This document shows positions 1 through 11,417 of a stretch of DNA of 64,000 nucleotides, one piece after another; the first letter of the stretch is position 1, and every line of letters starts with the position of its first letter. The notes under the pieces are model-generated. The model had not been told where the DNA came from. It did no database searches and saw only the letters and a list, made by a program, of their open reading frames with translations. The translations under genes and the position numbers were made by a program. The stretch is from Acaryochloridaceae cyanobacterium VAR_48_metabat_390. Lineage in GTDB: Bacteria > Cyanobacteriota > Cyanobacteriia > Thermosynechococcales > Thermosynechococcaceae. Location: positions 1-64,000 of the forward strand of contig JANPLU010000090.1 of NCBI GenBank assembly GCA_031422435.1. The letters are read 5' to 3'.

Positions 1-145
1 AATCAGGCGACAGAATTATTGTGTCAATGCGCGATGCTGAACCGGATGATTCAATTGGGTAAGCCTGTCAGTGTTCCAGTTGCTGCTTAATCCAACCTCA
101 ATAAAGGGGGATTTCTGTCCTAGATTCCACTTATGCAACAATGCC
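1..145 (+). mobile_element. Right end of an IS5-family (IS903-like group) insertion sequence: transposase C-terminus (1-90) plus right terminal inverted repeat ending at about 145
   Basis: Frame 1 reads NQATELLCQCAMLNRMIQLGKPVSVPVAA*, resembling the NQxxE...LNRM...KP C-terminus of IS903-like transposases. TTATGCAACAATGCC at 131-145 resembles the IS903-type IR end (TTATTCAACAAAGCC). Confidence 0.75.
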
Positions 146-160
146 TCTTTTAAGTGTAAA

Positions 161-1279
161 TTAGAAATACCTTATATAAGCCCAACGTGCAAATCTTGAA
201 AACGGACCCGATAGTAGGCTTGCTTTATTTACAAAATGACTAAAATGTTTCAGCGAAGGATAATTGTCAATCCAAATATTAGCAAGCATATTTGAAAGGT
301 TATCAAGCTCAGCATCAGGAATATTTTGTGCAAAATTAGTTGGAGATGTATACTTTTGAAATAAAGCTTTCCGCTCAGGAAACCAGGTTTTTCGTACACA
401 TTCATTGGATTCTATAAAGTTATCCTCGTACTCATCAATTAGCCATTGTGGCATTACATACTTATTAAGTGTACTTCCTGCGAAATGTAATTCAAAATAT
501 TCAACAATATTTCGTCTCAAGGGATTTTCTCTCTCATTGATAAATCGTGGCACTTTAGTATTAAATCTTCTGAGAATCTCTAAACCATTAACTGATAAAC
601 TCTCATTTAGGCTATTGGGGATAATATAGTTAGGATCCCATGTCAAGCCAACTACATTAATAAAATCTTTAAGAAGTGACCCACCTTCTAATGTAGAGCT
701 TTCAAAAATACGGGGCACTACAGCTCCTTTTCCAAATACCTCTGTATAGTTCTCTATCGTACTTTTATGATCACAAATATGCCTAATATATTCGTGACTA
801 GGTCTAAAAGGATGAATTGCTTCAGACCCACATTTAATAGCCGTTGAATACAAAGAGTTAGCAATCTCTACAGGATTACGTAAATAGACGATAACAATAA
901 TATTTATAGCACCAAGGCTAACTAATATTTCTTTTAGTCTTTGAATTTCGGATAAAGACGTAAGTCTAGACTGGATATGTTCTGATGAGAATATGATATT
1001 AGGCTGTTGAACGCAATTCAACTCAGATTTAAGCCTTTTTACAATAATATTTTGATAGCTTTCCAGAACCCTATCGCTATTTATGTTGTTTAACCGAGTG
1101 TAAGGATCTCTTTTTTCCAAGTTATAGGCAGCTATTGAAAGTCTTTGATGATTTCTTAACCCAGCACTTTTTGGATAATAATAGCCGCTCTCTAATAATT
1201 TATCCTTATTTAAATATAAAAAGTTCTGTAAAGTAGTTGTACCAGTTTTCTCGGTGCCAATATGTAAATAAATATTCAT
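161..1279 (-). CDS. Sulfotransferase-like P-loop protein (polysaccharide locus)
   Basis: N-terminal LHIGTEKTGTTTLQ PAPS-binding-like loop, SSEH motif, VYLRNP 3'-PB-like strand; AT-rich. Confidence 0.7.
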   Translation of the reverse strand: MNIYLHIGTEKTGTTTLQNFLYLNKDKLLESGYYYPKSAGLRNHQRLSIAAYNLEKRDPYTRLNNINSDRVLESYQNIIVKRLKSELNCVQQPNIIFSSEHIQSRLTSLSEIQRLKEILVSLGAINIIVIVYLRNPVEIANSLYSTAIKCGSEAIHPFRPSHEYIRHICDHKSTIENYTEVFGKGAVVPRIFESSTLEGGSLLKDFINVVGLTWDPNYIIPNSLNESLSVNGLEILRRFNTKVPRFINERENPLRRNIVEYFELHFAGSTLNKYVMPQWLIDEYEDNFIESNECVRKTWFPERKALFQKYTSPTNFAQNIPDAELDNLSNMLANIWIDNYPSLKHFSHFVNKASLLSGPFSRFARWAYIRYF

Positions 1280-2207
1280 GCCTATCTAAGATATTTTAAC
1301 AAAATTAAAGACTTGTAGAGGCCATCTACAATATAAGGCTTCTATTTTAGCGAAGATCACTAATTTACCAGAATCGATTCCATACAAGTCGGCTAGTTTG
1401 TGATTTCTCCTTATTTAAGCTAGTTCTAAGCATACATTAAGACTATATATTTGATATCTTTAGCCAATCTTACCTTTCTTAGACAATATAAAATGGATCT
1501 GCCCGGAATCACAATAACCTGATATGGTCTTGAATAAGGGTTTGAGCTTTTAAGATTTCACTATTCTTAAAGCCTCAGTTAAGGCAATACTGCCTTGCCC
1601 TACGAAGAGAGTAGATAGCTCAACGGAGCAGTGCGTTTTGGTATTTCTTGCTATTACTCAAGGCTACTTACCTGCTCTGCAGTCCCAAAGGATCATCAGA
1701 CCGGCCTATGTGTTCAGTGCATATAAATATTGAAAACATCTTTACTGGTAAAGCATTCTTTAACTCAGGAACACCTAGATTAGAATGAATGTCTCAAAGC
1801 TGTACATTATAAGTTTACTCCTGGAATACTTTTACCTCTTCATAATTTTATAAAACATCTGGAATTTCTCCCTCAGGCGGCTGACCTCTCTAATAAAATA
1901 GAGAGACTGTTCCATCTGTGAGAATCTCAGTAATTGAATTTACCTGTAACCTTGAATCTTCCTCTTTCTTTAAGAGATAAAAATGATAGACAAATCTTAT
2001 AAATTGAAATGTCCTCATTTATACGGAAATCTAACTGTTAAAGCTACAACCAGAAGTTAAGCATAACTATTAAACAATTTTATAATTGTAAGCACTATTA
2101 ATAATATATCTTAAAGACTTTTTCTCTCCTAGTTTATAGATCTTTTCTTAATCTATCAAAGGGAAGGGAGTATTTCATCATACATGTGTAAATTTAATTA
2201 AAACCCA

Positions 2208-3167
2208 TTACATATTTACTGAGATCCCTTCTTGCAAAAAGTCTTTTCTGAACCAAGTTTCTAAATATTGTTCAAGTCTTGAATTCTTTTCAATATCGGC
2301 CTTATAAAATTCTACCAGCTCCTCATATACTAGAGAGCTTAAAGGAATTTGCTTGTCAATTGACTTTTTCACATTCCAAATTTCATAATTAAACTTTAAA
2401 GACTTAATTATCGTATTTTGTCTCCATCTTTTTGGAGTATATTCTTTTATTTTTTGAACGATTGGAAGACGTGTAAAATTTTCTAATCTTGGAAGTTTAG
2501 TTGTGTTACCTCCTGAATGATACCTATCATAAACAATATTCTTGTTTTCTTGAGAAATAGGCAGATCAAGAAAAAATCTAATATCACGTATAACATTTGA
2601 TGGATTATTTTCGAGATCAATAGAATTAATGATTAAGATTGATTTCTCTGAAAAGTGCTTGCTATACTTACTTAGAATTTCTCCATAGCAGCCCCACAAT
2701 AGAATTTTATTTAGCTCGTAATTGATATCATTATTAGATATTAAAAAGTCATCAAAAGCCACTTTAGAAGAAAGTATACTAACTACTCTTTCTTCAAATG
2801 AGAGCTTTTCTTTTCCTCTCCTTTTATTCATCATGTAGTGAGAATATGCTCTGTCAATAGGATTTCTTACGATGAGTATGATTTTTGAGCTTGAGTTGTA
2901 TTTATAAATATTTTGAGCAGATCCTAAGTAACATGAGTACTGAGGCGTAACTTTCCCTAGAATACTCCTTGGTTTAATTACCTGATATATATCTAAAAGA
3001 TTATGTGCAGAACTTTCAGGACTAGATAGACAAAATCGAGGAGACTCTTTAGAAGTAGGAAGAGTTATATCCTGAAATGTATCTAAATAGAAATGAAGTG
3101 AAGTTGTTCCAGCTTTCTGTGCTCCAATGACAAAAAAATTGATTATATCCGAGGTTGTGCTGGTCAT
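2208..3167 (-). CDS. Sulfotransferase domain protein
   Basis: IGAQKAGTTSL (5'-PSB), KE motif, IVRNPIDRAYSHY (3'-PB), typical of the sulfotransferase fold. Confidence 0.88.
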   Translation of the reverse strand: MTSTTSDIINFFVIGAQKAGTTSLHFYLDTFQDITLPTSKESPRFCLSSPESSAHNLLDIYQVIKPRSILGKVTPQYSCYLGSAQNIYKYNSSSKIILIVRNPIDRAYSHYMMNKRRGKEKLSFEERVVSILSSKVAFDDFLISNNDINYELNKILLWGCYGEILSKYSKHFSEKSILIINSIDLENNPSNVIRDIRFFLDLPISQENKNIVYDRYHSGGNTTKLPRLENFTRLPIVQKIKEYTPKRWRQNTIIKSLKFNYEIWNVKKSIDKQIPLSSLVYEELVEFYKADIEKNSRLEQYLETWFRKDFLQEGISVNM

Positions 3168-3395
3168 TTTTTGCTCTAGTTATTTTTCTGATGCTCAGAT
3201 GTTAAATTTGAAATTCGTAAGTTCAAATACGAAGTGTAATGACTTAATTAAGATTGTTAGGATATAAAATAAACTCTATTAATATATTCTTACTCTACAA
3301 CCCCTCTCGAAAAAAACTTTAAGATATAAAGCTTGGCGCTGAGTTCTTTATTATTACTCGTCTTAAGCTAATGATTTTAGGCTTAAATGGATTGC

Positions 3396-3965
3396 CTATT
3401 TAAGTCTTGACCTTATTACCTTAGCAGGTACACCTCCTACAATAGTGTAATTTTCAACATTTTTAGTTACTACTGCTCCAGCGGCTATAATTGATCCCTT
3501 ACCTATTTTTACCCCTTTTAGAATAACTGCTCCATGGCCTATCCAAACATCATCTTCAATAATAATTTTACTTGTAACTATGCCTTGGCTCTTCATTGGG
3601 AGTGAAATATCAGCGAATTGATGATCAGTATCACGTATAGAAACATGAGCTGCAATCATTACATTTTTACCAATATTAATCATTTCGTTGCAGCCAAATA
3701 TGCAAAAATCGCCACATGATGTACCTTCACCAAAATAGATTTTTGATGAGCCTTGAAAAATTGTATATCTTCCAATTTGATTATCTCCTTCTAGAGATAC
3801 TTTTAAGTGACTATTAGATTTAGACTTAAATTCTTTTAGAGTAACTCCCGTCAGAATTCTGTTTTTACCCTTAATTTGAAAGTATGGGATATATCTAGCA
3901 TATGTATAATAAGTGCTTATGATATATTCAATGCTCTGAATAGCTGAAAATATTTTGAATAGCAT
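3396..3965 (-). CDS. Hexapeptide-repeat (LbH) O-acetyl/acyltransferase
   Basis: [35 protein letters not shown]...[10 protein letters not shown] signature. Confidence 0.9.
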   Translation of the reverse strand: MLFKIFSAIQSIEYIISTYYTYARYIPYFQIKGKNRILTGVTLKEFKSKSNSHLKVSLEGDNQIGRYTIFQGSSKIYFGEGTSCGDFCIFGCNEMINIGKNVMIAAHVSIRDTDHQFADISLPMKSQGIVTSKIIIEDDVWIGHGAVILKGVKIGKGSIIAAGAVVTKNVENYTIVGGVPAKVIRSRLK

Positions 3966-4273
3966 AAAAATTAATCTTATATCTTAATAAAACAACTGGC
4001 GAAAACTATAGATAATCTTATATTATGTCTTTCAGCAGATGTCCCTTCAAACAAAGCCAGTTCAAATCTAAAATACGATACTTGATCAGAGTTAGCGGAA
4101 AAGAAAATTTACAGATTAGGCTTTGATGGCGGCAAGACTTCCTTAAAGATTATAGTGAACTATATTATGAGGCTTACCTGGAACTCTAGCAATCTGGATT
4201 GGTGTTGCCTCTCTCTTAGAATTTTGCGTTGAAGACATATCATTTTTTAAGGCTCCTAAGAATTCCCCCTAAC

Positions 4274-5614
4274 TTAAACAATATTGCCATAGGTTTTTCT
4301 TTTGGGTAGAAATGGGGTTGCAAAAAAACCTAGTTTCTTTCTTACATATATTGCAGAGGATACATTCAAAAAGACTATAGATGCGGCGTTTGCCAGAGCA
4401 GCACCATAATCAGCGAATAATGGTACTAATGCAAAGTTAAATAATACATTTAGGATTCCGGCTAGAAGTGTCAGATCTCGAAATATTTTAACGTTATCAC
4501 TCATTACTAAGAGATAACCGACTGAACCACATCCTAAATTAATTAGTGAGCCTAGAGACAGGATTGTTAGTATCAGCCCATCACTAGAAAATTCTTCCCC
4601 GAATAGGCTCATAATCTGACCGGAAAATAGCATAAATATCAAAAATATTGGCCCTGCAATGACTAGCATCAAAAGTGTAGATTTTCTTGCTACAGACTCC
4701 AGTTTTTCAATGTTGCCAGAATTATAATATTCTGGAAAGCTTGGTACAATAGAACTATTTACAGCTACCAAAAAAAAGCTAACTAGAAGTGATAATTTAT
4801 TAGCAATGCTGTAGCTTGCAATATCTTCAGCATTGCTAAATATACCTAATATAATAATTGAACTCCAATTCATTAGCAAGTTACAAAGGTCAACCCAGTA
4901 AAGTGGTAGGCTCTCCTTGACGATAGATTTTATACTTGCACTTGTACTTACATTTAATTCCTCTATACTCTGAAGACGAATACTTTTTCTTACATATATG
5001 TTCCCCACAATGCATGATGTAAGGCTTCCTATGATGTAGAGCACTACTACACTATACGCCTGATTAATATTCTTAAAAAGTATTAGAAGCGTAAACATTA
5101 TTACTGATCTAATAGTATTTTGAACTAATGATGAGGTTTTAATTCGCTTCAGAGCTTGAAGTGTTTTGCTCTGTACATCACTTACTGATGTTAAAAATAC
5201 GGCTATGGAAGACCATCTTAATACATCTGAAAAATGGGATGAATTGAATAGCTTTATGGCGATAAAATCCGAATTAAAATATAGGATAGTGGAAGCTAGG
5301 CAATTAAAAATAAAAACGATGCTAATGCTTTTATTGAAAAATTCTTGAACGTTGAACTTTTCTGGCTTGGATGAATTTGATGCTATCGCTATTAAAATAT
5401 AATTTCCTATCCCAAGCTTTGATATTACTGATAAAACTGTCATTACAGTAAATGATAGGAAATAGTACCCTGATTCTTTAGCTCCTAAACTGCGAGTCAT
5501 CAGTATATTTGAGCCAAAGGCAAAAATTGTTCCAATAATATTTATAATAAATACAGAGGTAGATTTTTTGAAAATTACTTTTATTTCTTTGTCATTGATT
5601 AGTCTCTTTAGCAT
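4274..5614 (-). CDS. Wzx-type oligosaccharide flippase / polysaccharide biosynthesis membrane protein
   Basis: 446 aa with many hydrophobic TM segments; RSLGAKESGYY and LVPLFADYGAALA motifs of MOP/Wzx flippases; located next to rfbA. Confidence 0.85.
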   Translation of the reverse strand: MLKRLINDKEIKVIFKKSTSVFIINIIGTIFAFGSNILMTRSLGAKESGYYFLSFTVMTVLSVISKLGIGNYILIAIASNSSKPEKFNVQEFFNKSISIVFIFNCLASTILYFNSDFIAIKLFNSSHFSDVLRWSSIAVFLTSVSDVQSKTLQALKRIKTSSLVQNTIRSVIMFTLLILFKNINQAYSVVVLYIIGSLTSCIVGNIYVRKSIRLQSIEELNVSTSASIKSIVKESLPLYWVDLCNLLMNWSSIIILGIFSNAEDIASYSIANKLSLLVSFFLVAVNSSIVPSFPEYYNSGNIEKLESVARKSTLLMLVIAGPIFLIFMLFSGQIMSLFGEEFSSDGLILTILSLGSLINLGCGSVGYLLVMSDNVKIFRDLTLLAGILNVLFNFALVPLFADYGAALANAASIVFLNVSSAIYVRKKLGFFATPFLPKRKTYGNIV

Positions 5615-5862
5615 ATTGATTGATCAATTTTTCTCTGTATTTCTATATTTAGAATCAGCCCTATACTTTTGTGTCGTCTCAAGTTTGAAACTCTTTTAAG
5701 GTAATTATTCGGGAAGACGCCATAACTTAAGATCTTTGAGACTGCTATTATAGAACTCAATTGTACTTTTGATTCCTTGAGTAGAATCAAAGCTTTCATC
5801 TACAATGATAGTCTTAAAAAGTTTTAAAACTTTTCTTGTCTAAGCTTTTAATTTTGTTCTAA

Positions 5863-5971
5863 GAGGATGTTAAAAAAAGGTTGATTCTTACGAAGATAGG
5901 AGGCTTTTGGGTAGGTGTCTCGAACGAAAAATTAGAGGTTTTAGCTTTTGAGTCTGACTTCTCAGCGACTC
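5863..5971. mobile_element. Degenerate MITE-like element (GAGGATG... ends), related to the 49888-50101 element
   Basis: Starts GAGGATGTTAAAAAAAGG and ends TTTTGAGTCTGACTTCTCAGCGACTC; both ends closely match the 49888-50101 copy. Confidence 0.55.
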
Positions 5972-6051
5972 TACTAAAAAGAGTGAATTTCTGCTCAGAA
6001 ACTTCCTAGGTGTTAAATATTTCTCCTATTTTTAAAAGAGATAAAGATACC

Positions 6052-6921
6052 TCACTCTGTTTTAATTATTTTTAGGAGATATTGTCCATAGTCATTTTTT
6101 TGTAAGTCTTGACTGAGATATATTACCTGATCGGATGTGATATAGCCCATCCTGTGAGCTACCTCTTCGATACAGGCAATTTTTAGTCCCTGACGTTGTT
6201 CAATTGTTTCTACAAATGCTGACGCCTGTAATAGGCTCTCATGAGTCCCTGTATCAAGCCATGCCACTCCACGCCCTAAAGCCTGTACGTTCAGTTGCGC
6301 TTGATTTAGGTAAACCTTATTAATATCTGTTATTTCTAGTTCTCCTCGTGCAGATGGCTGTAATTGACCTGCAATATCAACCACTTGATTGTCATAAAAA
6401 TATAGTCCTGTCACGGCAAAGTTAGATTTAGGATTTGAAGGTTTTTCTTCAATAGAAGTTACTCTGCCTTGGGCATCGAATTCCATCACTCCATAACGCT
6501 GTGGGTCATTCACTTGGTATCCAAACACAATGGCTCCTGTTTTTAGCTCACTGGCTGCCTGAAGTTTCTCACTCAAAGACTCTCCGTAAAATATGTTGTC
6601 GCCCAAAATAAGTGCAACAGTATCACCCCCAATAAACTCACGCCCAATTATAAATGCCTGAGCTAAGCCCTCTGGTTTTGGCTGCTCCTCATACATAAGC
6701 TTTATCCCTAACTGACTTCCATCTCCTAAAAGACGATAGAACAGCGGTAAATCCTGCGGCGTTGAAATAATCAGAATCTCACGAATCCCCGCTAGCATCA
6801 GTGTTGAAAGCGGATAGTAAATCATTGGCTTGTCGTACACAGGCATTAGCTGTTTTGATAGCACCCGCGTGACTGGATATAGCCGAGTGCCCGATCCACC
6901 TGCTAAAATAATCCCTTTCAT
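6052..6921 (-). CDS. rfbA: Glucose-1-phosphate thymidylyltransferase
   Basis: [16 protein letters not shown]...[34 protein letters not shown]. Confidence 0.97.
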   Translation of the reverse strand: MKGIILAGGSGTRLYPVTRVLSKQLMPVYDKPMIYYPLSTLMLAGIREILIISTPQDLPLFYRLLGDGSQLGIKLMYEEQPKPEGLAQAFIIGREFIGGDTVALILGDNIFYGESLSEKLQAASELKTGAIVFGYQVNDPQRYGVMEFDAQGRVTSIEEKPSNPKSNFAVTGLYFYDNQVVDIAGQLQPSARGELEITDINKVYLNQAQLNVQALGRGVAWLDTGTHESLLQASAFVETIEQRQGLKIACIEEVAHRMGYITSDQVIYLSQDLQKNDYGQYLLKIIKTE

Positions 6922-6946
6922 TTAGTGATCCTCATAAAGACTTGGC

Positions 6947-6978
6947 TTTACATATTCCCAAACTTGGGAATATGTAAA
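6947..6978. promoter_or_regulatory. Perfect 15-bp inverted repeat just upstream of the rfbA start (candidate operator or RNA hairpin)
   Basis: TTTACATATTCCCAA-AC-TTGGGAATATGTAAA, 25 nt from the rfbA ATG. Confidence 0.45.
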
Positions 6979-7485
6979 CTTCTTGTGCCCTGATTTACGC
7001 CTGTTGTTTTCTGTGTGAAGGTCTCCCTTTGACACTCTGCGCCACCTCCTCAATCTTGCCCTAGTGAGGTTGAGGTAAGGCTAATTTCTGGTTATGAAGA
7101 AAAATCAGACTGTGTCTTTTGAGTTGAGACTGAGAGACCGATGCACAGTCAGTTAACTGATGTGATGTCTTTCAGACGCTTGAGACCTCGCGGTTGGCGA
7201 TATCTACTCTGGCTCATTCTGCCTTATTTACTCTGGGCACCCTTAGTGACTGAGGAACTTTGGAGGACTCGGTTTTCGACATTATGGAGCCGTTTGTGTG
7301 TGTTTGAGAATTTTGCTAAGCCGCTTCTCGTCTAATTCCACTTTTCGATATATCTTTCGACGTTTAGATTTTACATGATTGACTCAAGTTTTTAAGGTTT
7401 GACCCGGGCTGAGTTATGACAGCAGTCGCCTAAACTGTCCTACTTGGTTGGGATCCACTGAGGAGGAGCCTATTTAAGCGCGTTT

Positions 7486-7523
7486 GCCATGCTGACCCCA
7501 ACTCTAGTTGGGGTCAGCATGGC
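7486..7523. repeat. Perfect 18-bp inverted repeat, intergenic
   Basis: GCCATGCTGACCCCAACT-CT-AGTTGGGGTCAGCATGGC. Confidence 0.7.
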
Positions 7524-7846
7524 TTAGGGTATTCAAGGGCATTACGACATTGAGAATTATCTACATTAATTTGGGTCAAGTATGGGGTTGGGGAGAAGGA
7601 TCCGTCTTTCCAAGTTTTCAACCCAGCGGCGAACTAGAGTGTCTTCGCGCCATACTTTTTAATTTCTTTGGTCCGAGGCCATAACCGGATCGGTACGGGA
7701 TAACGCCTTGATTCTATGACCTGATGCAGCTTTTTCTCTTTTCTCGACCGATTAGCGCTTCCTAAGGAGAGCGCTGGGTTGGATACGCAAGGTGCCAAAA
7801 TTTAGGCTCTTATTCTGTAGATTGTGCCTCTTTTAATTTGCGGTGT

Positions 7847-8260
7847 TCAATTTTCTGAGCTGGGTATCTTTAGCGATGCACTCGTTTGAATTAACTCCCA
7901 TTTATAGCCGTCAGGATCTTCCACAAACGCAATGATCGTACTGCCGTGCTTCATGGGGCCAGGGGCGCGTGTTACCTTGCCGCCCTTTGTGCTGATGTCT
8001 TGACAGGCTGCATAGATATCATTTACACCCAAGGCAATATGTCCGTAGGCGTTGCCCAGTTCGTAGTTATCTACCCCCCAGTTGTGGGTCAATTCTAAAA
8101 CCGTCTGGTCTGACTCATCGCCGTAACCCACAAACGCAAGGGTGAATTTGCCATCGGGATAGTCTTTTTGGCGCAGGAGACTCATGCCCAAAATGTCGCA
8201 GTAAAAGGCCAGCGATCGCCCCAAATGTGTCACTCGCAGCATGGTGTGTAAGAATCGCAT
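7847..8260 (-). CDS. gloA: Lactoylglutathione lyase (glyoxalase I)
   Basis: [38 protein letters not shown]. Confidence 0.96.
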   Translation of the reverse strand: MRFLHTMLRVTHLGRSLAFYCDILGMSLLRQKDYPDGKFTLAFVGYGDESDQTVLELTHNWGVDNYELGNAYGHIALGVNDIYAACQDISTKGGKVTRAPGPMKHGSTIIAFVEDPDGYKWELIQTSASLKIPSSEN

Positions 8261-8404
8261 GACAAAAACCCTCTTAATAGGTCAGAAGTGTATTCTTCGC
8301 AGTTACATTCTGACGCATTCCCCCCTAGGATTATTTAGAAGCATTGCGCGACGCCCGATCTATGACGGTATCGCGCAGCAGAACAGAACTGAGTTGAGCT
8401 ATAG

Positions 8405-9703
<1,299 letters not shown>

Positions 9704-9761
9704 ACGGATTATTGAAAGACCGAAGCAGTCCAATTCTGATTGCCTGACAAAACTCAAACGC

Positions 9762-9887
9762 CCCTCACCCCAACCCTCTCCCTAGGGAGAGGGAGCAAAT
9801 CTAATTCCCCTTCTCCCCAGGGAGAAGGGGCTAGGGGATGAGGGAGTGTAAAGCGTATCGCTTCTAAGCAATTCTCTAGATTATTTA
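9762..9887. repeat. REP-like / small dispersed palindromic repeat, copy 1
   Basis: CCCTCACCCCAACCCTCTCCCTAGGGAGAGGG...CCCCTTCTCCCCAGGGAGAAGGGGCTAGGGGATGAGGG plus shared tail; near-identical copy at 62079-62204. Confidence 0.85.
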
Positions 9888-9920
9888 ATTTACGACTCTA
9901 AGTTTCAGATACCGACCCTT

Positions 9921-9950
9921 AAAACAAAACCGGAGCATATACTGCTCCGG
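9921..9950 (-). terminator. Intrinsic terminator of petB-petD
   Basis: On the minus strand: CCGGAGCA-GTATA-TGCTCCGG followed by TTTTGTTTT. Confidence 0.7.
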
Positions 9951-9992
9951 CTTTGTGTATGAACCGTCAATTTTTATGGACATCAAATCCGG

Positions 9993-10478
9993 TTAGAACA
10001 GACCCAGGGTTAAAGACTTGTCAATGGGAAGGGTTGCACCAATGCCTAGGTACAGCGTAAACACCGTTCCAAACAGGAATACGGCGGTTGCCACTGGACG
10101 ACGGAACGGATTTTGGAACTTGTTGACGTTCTCAATGAATGGAATCAGCATTAAGCCCAAAGGAATCGCGGTCTGGAGTGCAATACCCAACAATTTGTTA
10201 GGCACAACGCGCAGAATTTGAAACGCAGGGTAGAGATACCATTCTGGAAGGATTTCGAGGGGCGTTGCAAAGGGGTTTGCAGGTTCGCCCACTAAAGCGG
10301 GGTCAAGCACGGCTAAGCCAATGCACAGCGCCATTGTACCCATGATGACCACGGGGAACATATAGAGCAGGTCATTGGGCCAAGCGGGTTCGCCGTAGTA
10401 GTTGTGACCCATGCCTTTTTTCAGCTTTGCTCTAAGCTGCGGATCGCTGAGATCCGGTTTGATGATGATTTTTGCCAT
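9993..10478 (-). CDS. petD: Cytochrome b6f subunit IV
   Basis: [29 protein letters not shown] motif. Confidence 0.99.
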   Translation of the reverse strand: MAKIIIKPDLSDPQLRAKLKKGMGHNYYGEPAWPNDLLYMFPVVIMGTMALCIGLAVLDPALVGEPANPFATPLEILPEWYLYPAFQILRVVPNKLLGIALQTAIPLGLMLIPFIENVNKFQNPFRRPVATAVFLFGTVFTLYLGIGATLPIDKSLTLGLF

Positions 10479-10527
10479 AGTTTGAGTGGTTCTCTTTCAA
10501 AAGGTCGGCAGAGAGTGGATGTTCGGC

Positions 10528-11175
10528 TTACAAAGGACCTGAGATGCCTTGTTTGCGAATCATGAGGAAGTGCAGCAGCATGAAGACTGCAATGAGCCAA
10601 GGCAAAACAAAAGTATGGAGGCTGTAGAAACGGGTCAAGGTAGATTGACCAACGCTGGTGCCGCCGCGAAGCAGCTCTACCATCAGCCCACCCACAACGG
10701 GAATAGCATCAGGAACGCCGGATACAATTTTGACGGCCCAGTAGCCGACTTGATCCCAAGGCAGAGAATAGCCCGTTACCCCAAAGGAAACGGTAATGAC
10801 AGCCAGCACTACGCCAGTGACCCAGGTTAATTCCCGTGGCTTCTTAAACCCACCGGTCATGTAGACGCGGAAGACGTGCAGGATCATCATTAACACCATC
10901 ATGCTGGCAGACCAGCGATGGATGGAACGAATTAGCCAGCCAAAGTTCACGTCCGTCATGAGGTACTGAACGGAGGTAAAGGCTTCTGCAACCGTTGGTT
11001 TATAGTAAAAGGTCATCGCAAATCCAGTGGCAAACTGGACGATGAAGCACACGAGGGTAATACCGCCTAAGCAGTAAAAGATATTAACGTGAGGTGGAAC
11101 GTACTTGCTGGAGATATCTTCGCCGAGTGCCCCAACCTCGAGGCGCTCGTCAAACCAGTCGTACACTTTGCTCAT
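10528..11175 (-). CDS. petB: Cytochrome b6
   Basis: 215 aa; [38 protein letters not shown]. Confidence 0.99.
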   Translation of the reverse strand: MSKVYDWFDERLEVGALGEDISSKYVPPHVNIFYCLGGITLVCFIVQFATGFAMTFYYKPTVAEAFTSVQYLMTDVNFGWLIRSIHRWSASMMVLMMILHVFRVYMTGGFKKPRELTWVTGVVLAVITVSFGVTGYSLPWDQVGYWAVKIVSGVPDAIPVVGGLMVELLRGGTSVGQSTLTRFYSLHTFVLPWLIAVFMLLHFLMIRKQGISGPL

Positions 11176-11417
11176 AAAACAGATGATTCCTGAATTTGCT
11201 AATGATGAAAGAATTACATCACATTCATTAACGAATGTAACACAGTCTTCATCTTCATTTCAGCGGCTAAACGGCTCAGTATTTGAAGTGTTATGAAGGC
11301 TGAATGACCAGATTTTGTGCTGATTTTGGCGTTACGTTGCCACAATGGGATATAGCCGTTATTGGGCAATAGCTCCGCATCAAGAGTCCGCACCCAGCGA
11401 TCACATATCCGTAGACT

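Noticed and set aside
7141..7335. 64-aa ORF with a hydrophobic stretch
   Set aside because: No recognisable motif or clear RBS; may be spurious
11234..11250. Possible NtcA or HLR1 site in the petB/ctpA divergent promoter (TGTAACAC...)
   Set aside because: Reads GTA-N8-TTC rather than TAC, and the second HLR1 half is poor
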